DNA from: Pecten maximus
Lineage: Eukaryota
Assembly: GCF_902652985.1 (NCBI RefSeq)
Contig: NC_047016.1
Location: forward strand, 27,590,001-27,654,000
Length of the DNA: 64,000 nt
Reading direction: 5' to 3'
The notes under the pieces are model-generated. The model had not been told where the DNA came from. It was given only the letters and a program-made list of their open reading frames with translations, and searched no databases. This document shows, piece by piece, positions 61,266 to 64,000 of the stretch. The stretch's first letter is position 1, and each line of letters starts with the position of its first letter. The translations under genes and the position numbers were made by a program.

Positions 61266-62228
61266 TCGAAATAACTTTACATGCTGACAAATTGGACAAA
61301 TGCTGTAGTGAAATGTCTGACATTGAGAATGTTTGGTGGTAGGGAAGTGATCTGACTTGTTAAGTGTCTCTCTGTGTGCTGTTGAGTGTGTTTGAATATG
61401 GAAAAAGGATTTATGCAGGTAACCAGCTACGTCTAAAACCAAATAATCTCCACAGCGCACACCAAAGAACGCAAACATGTAGCGGTGATAGTTGTGAGTC
61501 ATGTAAATAATATCAATTATCTAATCATGTGTGGTTTATATAGCGGAAATAGACCGAGAGTAGCGTATTTTTGCTAAATTGATCAAATGTATGTGTTGGT
61601 TAAAAAAGACAAACGTACTATGAAAACTTATTTTAGTGGTCATGTAGCATGGATCTGTGTATTGGGTAACGGTATATGTTAATTACAGAAAGTATTGTGT
61701 ATTTTGTACTCCATACTCTTCACTGTGGCTGTGATTCTTCCACTGATGAAGAGACAGTCCATCCATACCATCACAAAAATGTTGATAAAATCAAGAATTT
61801 TTAAATGTATCGTGTGTTTTGTTATATTTATAAATATCGTCAAAATCCTCTCTGTATGGCTAGCGAGAAATACGTCAGTAATACCGGTAACAGTATCAGA
61901 CGGAGTCACAGCCATCATTAAGCAGAACTACACAAATTATATAATTTATTATTTTCAGAGAAAGTAAACAAAAACAACAACAGTTATATTATGTTGATAT
62001 CGTCAATCATGATAAAATCATGGATGAACCTCATCTTGCTATAGTTGTATTATGAACATACAGATTAAAGAGGGCTGTAAAAATCTGTGCATATGTTGAT
62101 AGCTCAAATGAATATGAATATTAATAGATACAATATATGAAGAATAAAGAATAGAACTGATTCCTACATTTGTTTTGTCTCTATTTCTCGAGATCATTAT
62201 ATAGGTAAGAAGACAATTAATATTTAAA

Positions 62229-62326
62229 TAAACCTGATTGAAACAAATATGTTTATATTAGTATTAATGTAATTGATATTTATATAAACCTGATTGAAAC
62301 AAATATGATTATATTAGTATTAATGT
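62229..62326 (+). repeat. Short tandem duplication (two ~56-bp copies)
   Basis: TAAACCTGATTGAAACAAATATG(T/A)TTATATTAGTATTAATGT occurs twice. Confidence 0.8.
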
Positions 62327-63458
62327 TAATTAACTGAGTAGTCGTTAAATTTCATATTAATTTACATTGAAAGTTATTAATACATCGGGTGCCTTTGAAC
62401 AATCATTTGGAATTGCAGGTGGTAGACTTAAATTACAGATTTGCCGTATCTTGAATGTCTTTTTTTTATTATTAATTTGAATAGTGGTACAGTTCAGAAG
62501 TCCAACCATTGAATGTTATGAAATGTTATGAATTTTATAGCAATTTTGTCAAGAGTTTAAAGATACCCTCCCTGACCTAGAATCGCACAAACAATGTATA
62601 TCATTTGACATCCAGACAATAATGTCCGTAGGTAACAGTTAATAGCGACCCAACCAATAACCAGTATGGTCAGATTAAGTTAAGGGAAAACTTATTAAAA
62701 TAGTGATAATCCAAATACAGAGGAAGTACTTCAGCTGCTGGTCGAGCACAAATGTATGTAAATAAATCCATGTGATGGAGGAAAACATTGTTGTGACATG
62801 GTGAGTTTGATCTCATAAAAGCAAAACATGTTGTGATCGGTGATCAGTTAACTATGATGATAAATAATAATCAACTCCTGATATTGTATACTTTAAATCG
62901 ATCCAACACAGTTTTTCGTTGAGATTTAGCACACAAAGGGCAACCAACGGGAAATTCATGAAACCACAGGAATTTTTAGTGCATTAGAAGCAATTTATGA
63001 ACCGAAACATACGAGTTTACGCAATATGTGAATTTTATCAACGCTTACTAAGGACGATTATTGGTGTTCAAAGCTTTACAGGCTCTAACTTGGATTTCCA
63101 AGCCATTTTGTTTGCAGGCACGAGACGCGTTTTTCGCTTGCCCATGTAGCTCCGAATTCTAAAGATATATTTGTAAATAATGTAGGGTTACGCATGTCTT
63201 TGCTGTTAAACAACGCATGGGAAACATTTGCTTGAATTCATCGGCATGTTAAAATCCTCCGGATTTCAGAGCTTGAATTTTATGAGAAATTTCGTGACAT
63301 GATAGATTGAACACACCTGACGAAAATGCCCCCTTTGCGGCGGGCCGTGCTTTTCTAACAGTAGGTTCATCTATGTTGTTTATTTATTGAAATAAGATGT
63401 ATCCGAGCGTCTGTGCATCTTTCCCCACTACACCGACCCATATTGTGACATATACAAT

Positions 63459-63967
63459 ATGGCGCTGTCCAAAGTAACGGATATGATAGCAGACCTTTCC
63501 ATAGGTGTGAAGGTTGTTGGCGGGGCGGTGCTCGCAGGGGCAGTATTTTCAACTGTTTGGAAAAGATTCAAGGCCTTTCAAACCAGCAGGTATATGAACT
63601 TTTGTATAGTATATTGCTTACGTGCATATATAATGCGTTTAGGATATTCAATATACAGCTCCATTCTCGCCTGTTATGCCATTACATGACATATTATGCA
63701 ACACAATAATGCATTAATTAGTCTAATACGAATGAAAGCTGTTCGGTATCATCTAACAATCGTTATGCTGTTTTGTACGATGCTCCTCTTCATGCTATGA
63801 CATATATTTATTTTGTTTTTATTTAAATTTATTTGTCAAACAGGAAGGTATACCCCCGAGACACCATTGTTATCAATCAGATTGGCCGTGGTCCATACGT
63901 GCCCAGTCTAACGCCTTTTGCCATTAAGTTAGAGACGTATTTCCGGATGGAGGGTATTCCCTACCAG
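63459..63967 (+). CDS. FAXC: Failed axon connections homolog, tandem copy 2 (exons 1-2 only; continues past the window)
   Basis: Exons 63459-63589 and 63844-63967 have the same lengths and phases as copy 1. MALSKVTDMIADLSIGVK.. and KVYPRDTIVINQIGRGPYVPSLTPFAIKLETYFRMEGIPYQ. Confidence 0.9.
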
Positions 63968-64000
63968 GTACGTATCCCACTTAACGTTTTGCTCTGCAAT

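Overview
Eukaryotic, AT-rich, intron-containing animal DNA. The repeat types and gene content suggest a bivalve mollusc, possibly a scallop (inference). From left to right: (1) the 5' half of a DIRS1-type tyrosine-recombinase retrotransposon on the minus strand (gag, then an overlapping RT-RNaseH-methyltransferase ORF running off the left edge), inserted into a decayed L1/Tx1 fragment; (2) a complete, very young BEL/Pao LTR retrotransposon (7291-15179, ATAAT target-site duplication, near-identical LTRs); (3) two tandem paralogues plus a relic of an unrecognised two-TM/coiled-coil gene, one with an ISRE-like motif; (4) a 9-exon mitochondrial-clan cytochrome P450 (CYP44-like, minus strand); (5) a 6.8-kb 23-bp satellite; (6) a 3-exon PAN/apple + C-type-lectin-like gene (minus strand); (7) a 3.1-kb 27/26-bp G-rich minisatellite; (8) two tandem FAXC/metaxin-like GST genes, the second cut by the right edge. 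There are also many MITEs and small retroposed inserts. The leads most worth following are the DIRS expression signals (a pol ORF with no ATG until after the RT catalytic motif, an in-phase A_AAA_AAC -1 slippery site with a hairpin, and two consensus splice donors) and the orphan TM-coiled-coil family with a tetherin-like layout. All exon structures and motifs were read by eye; no database search was run.
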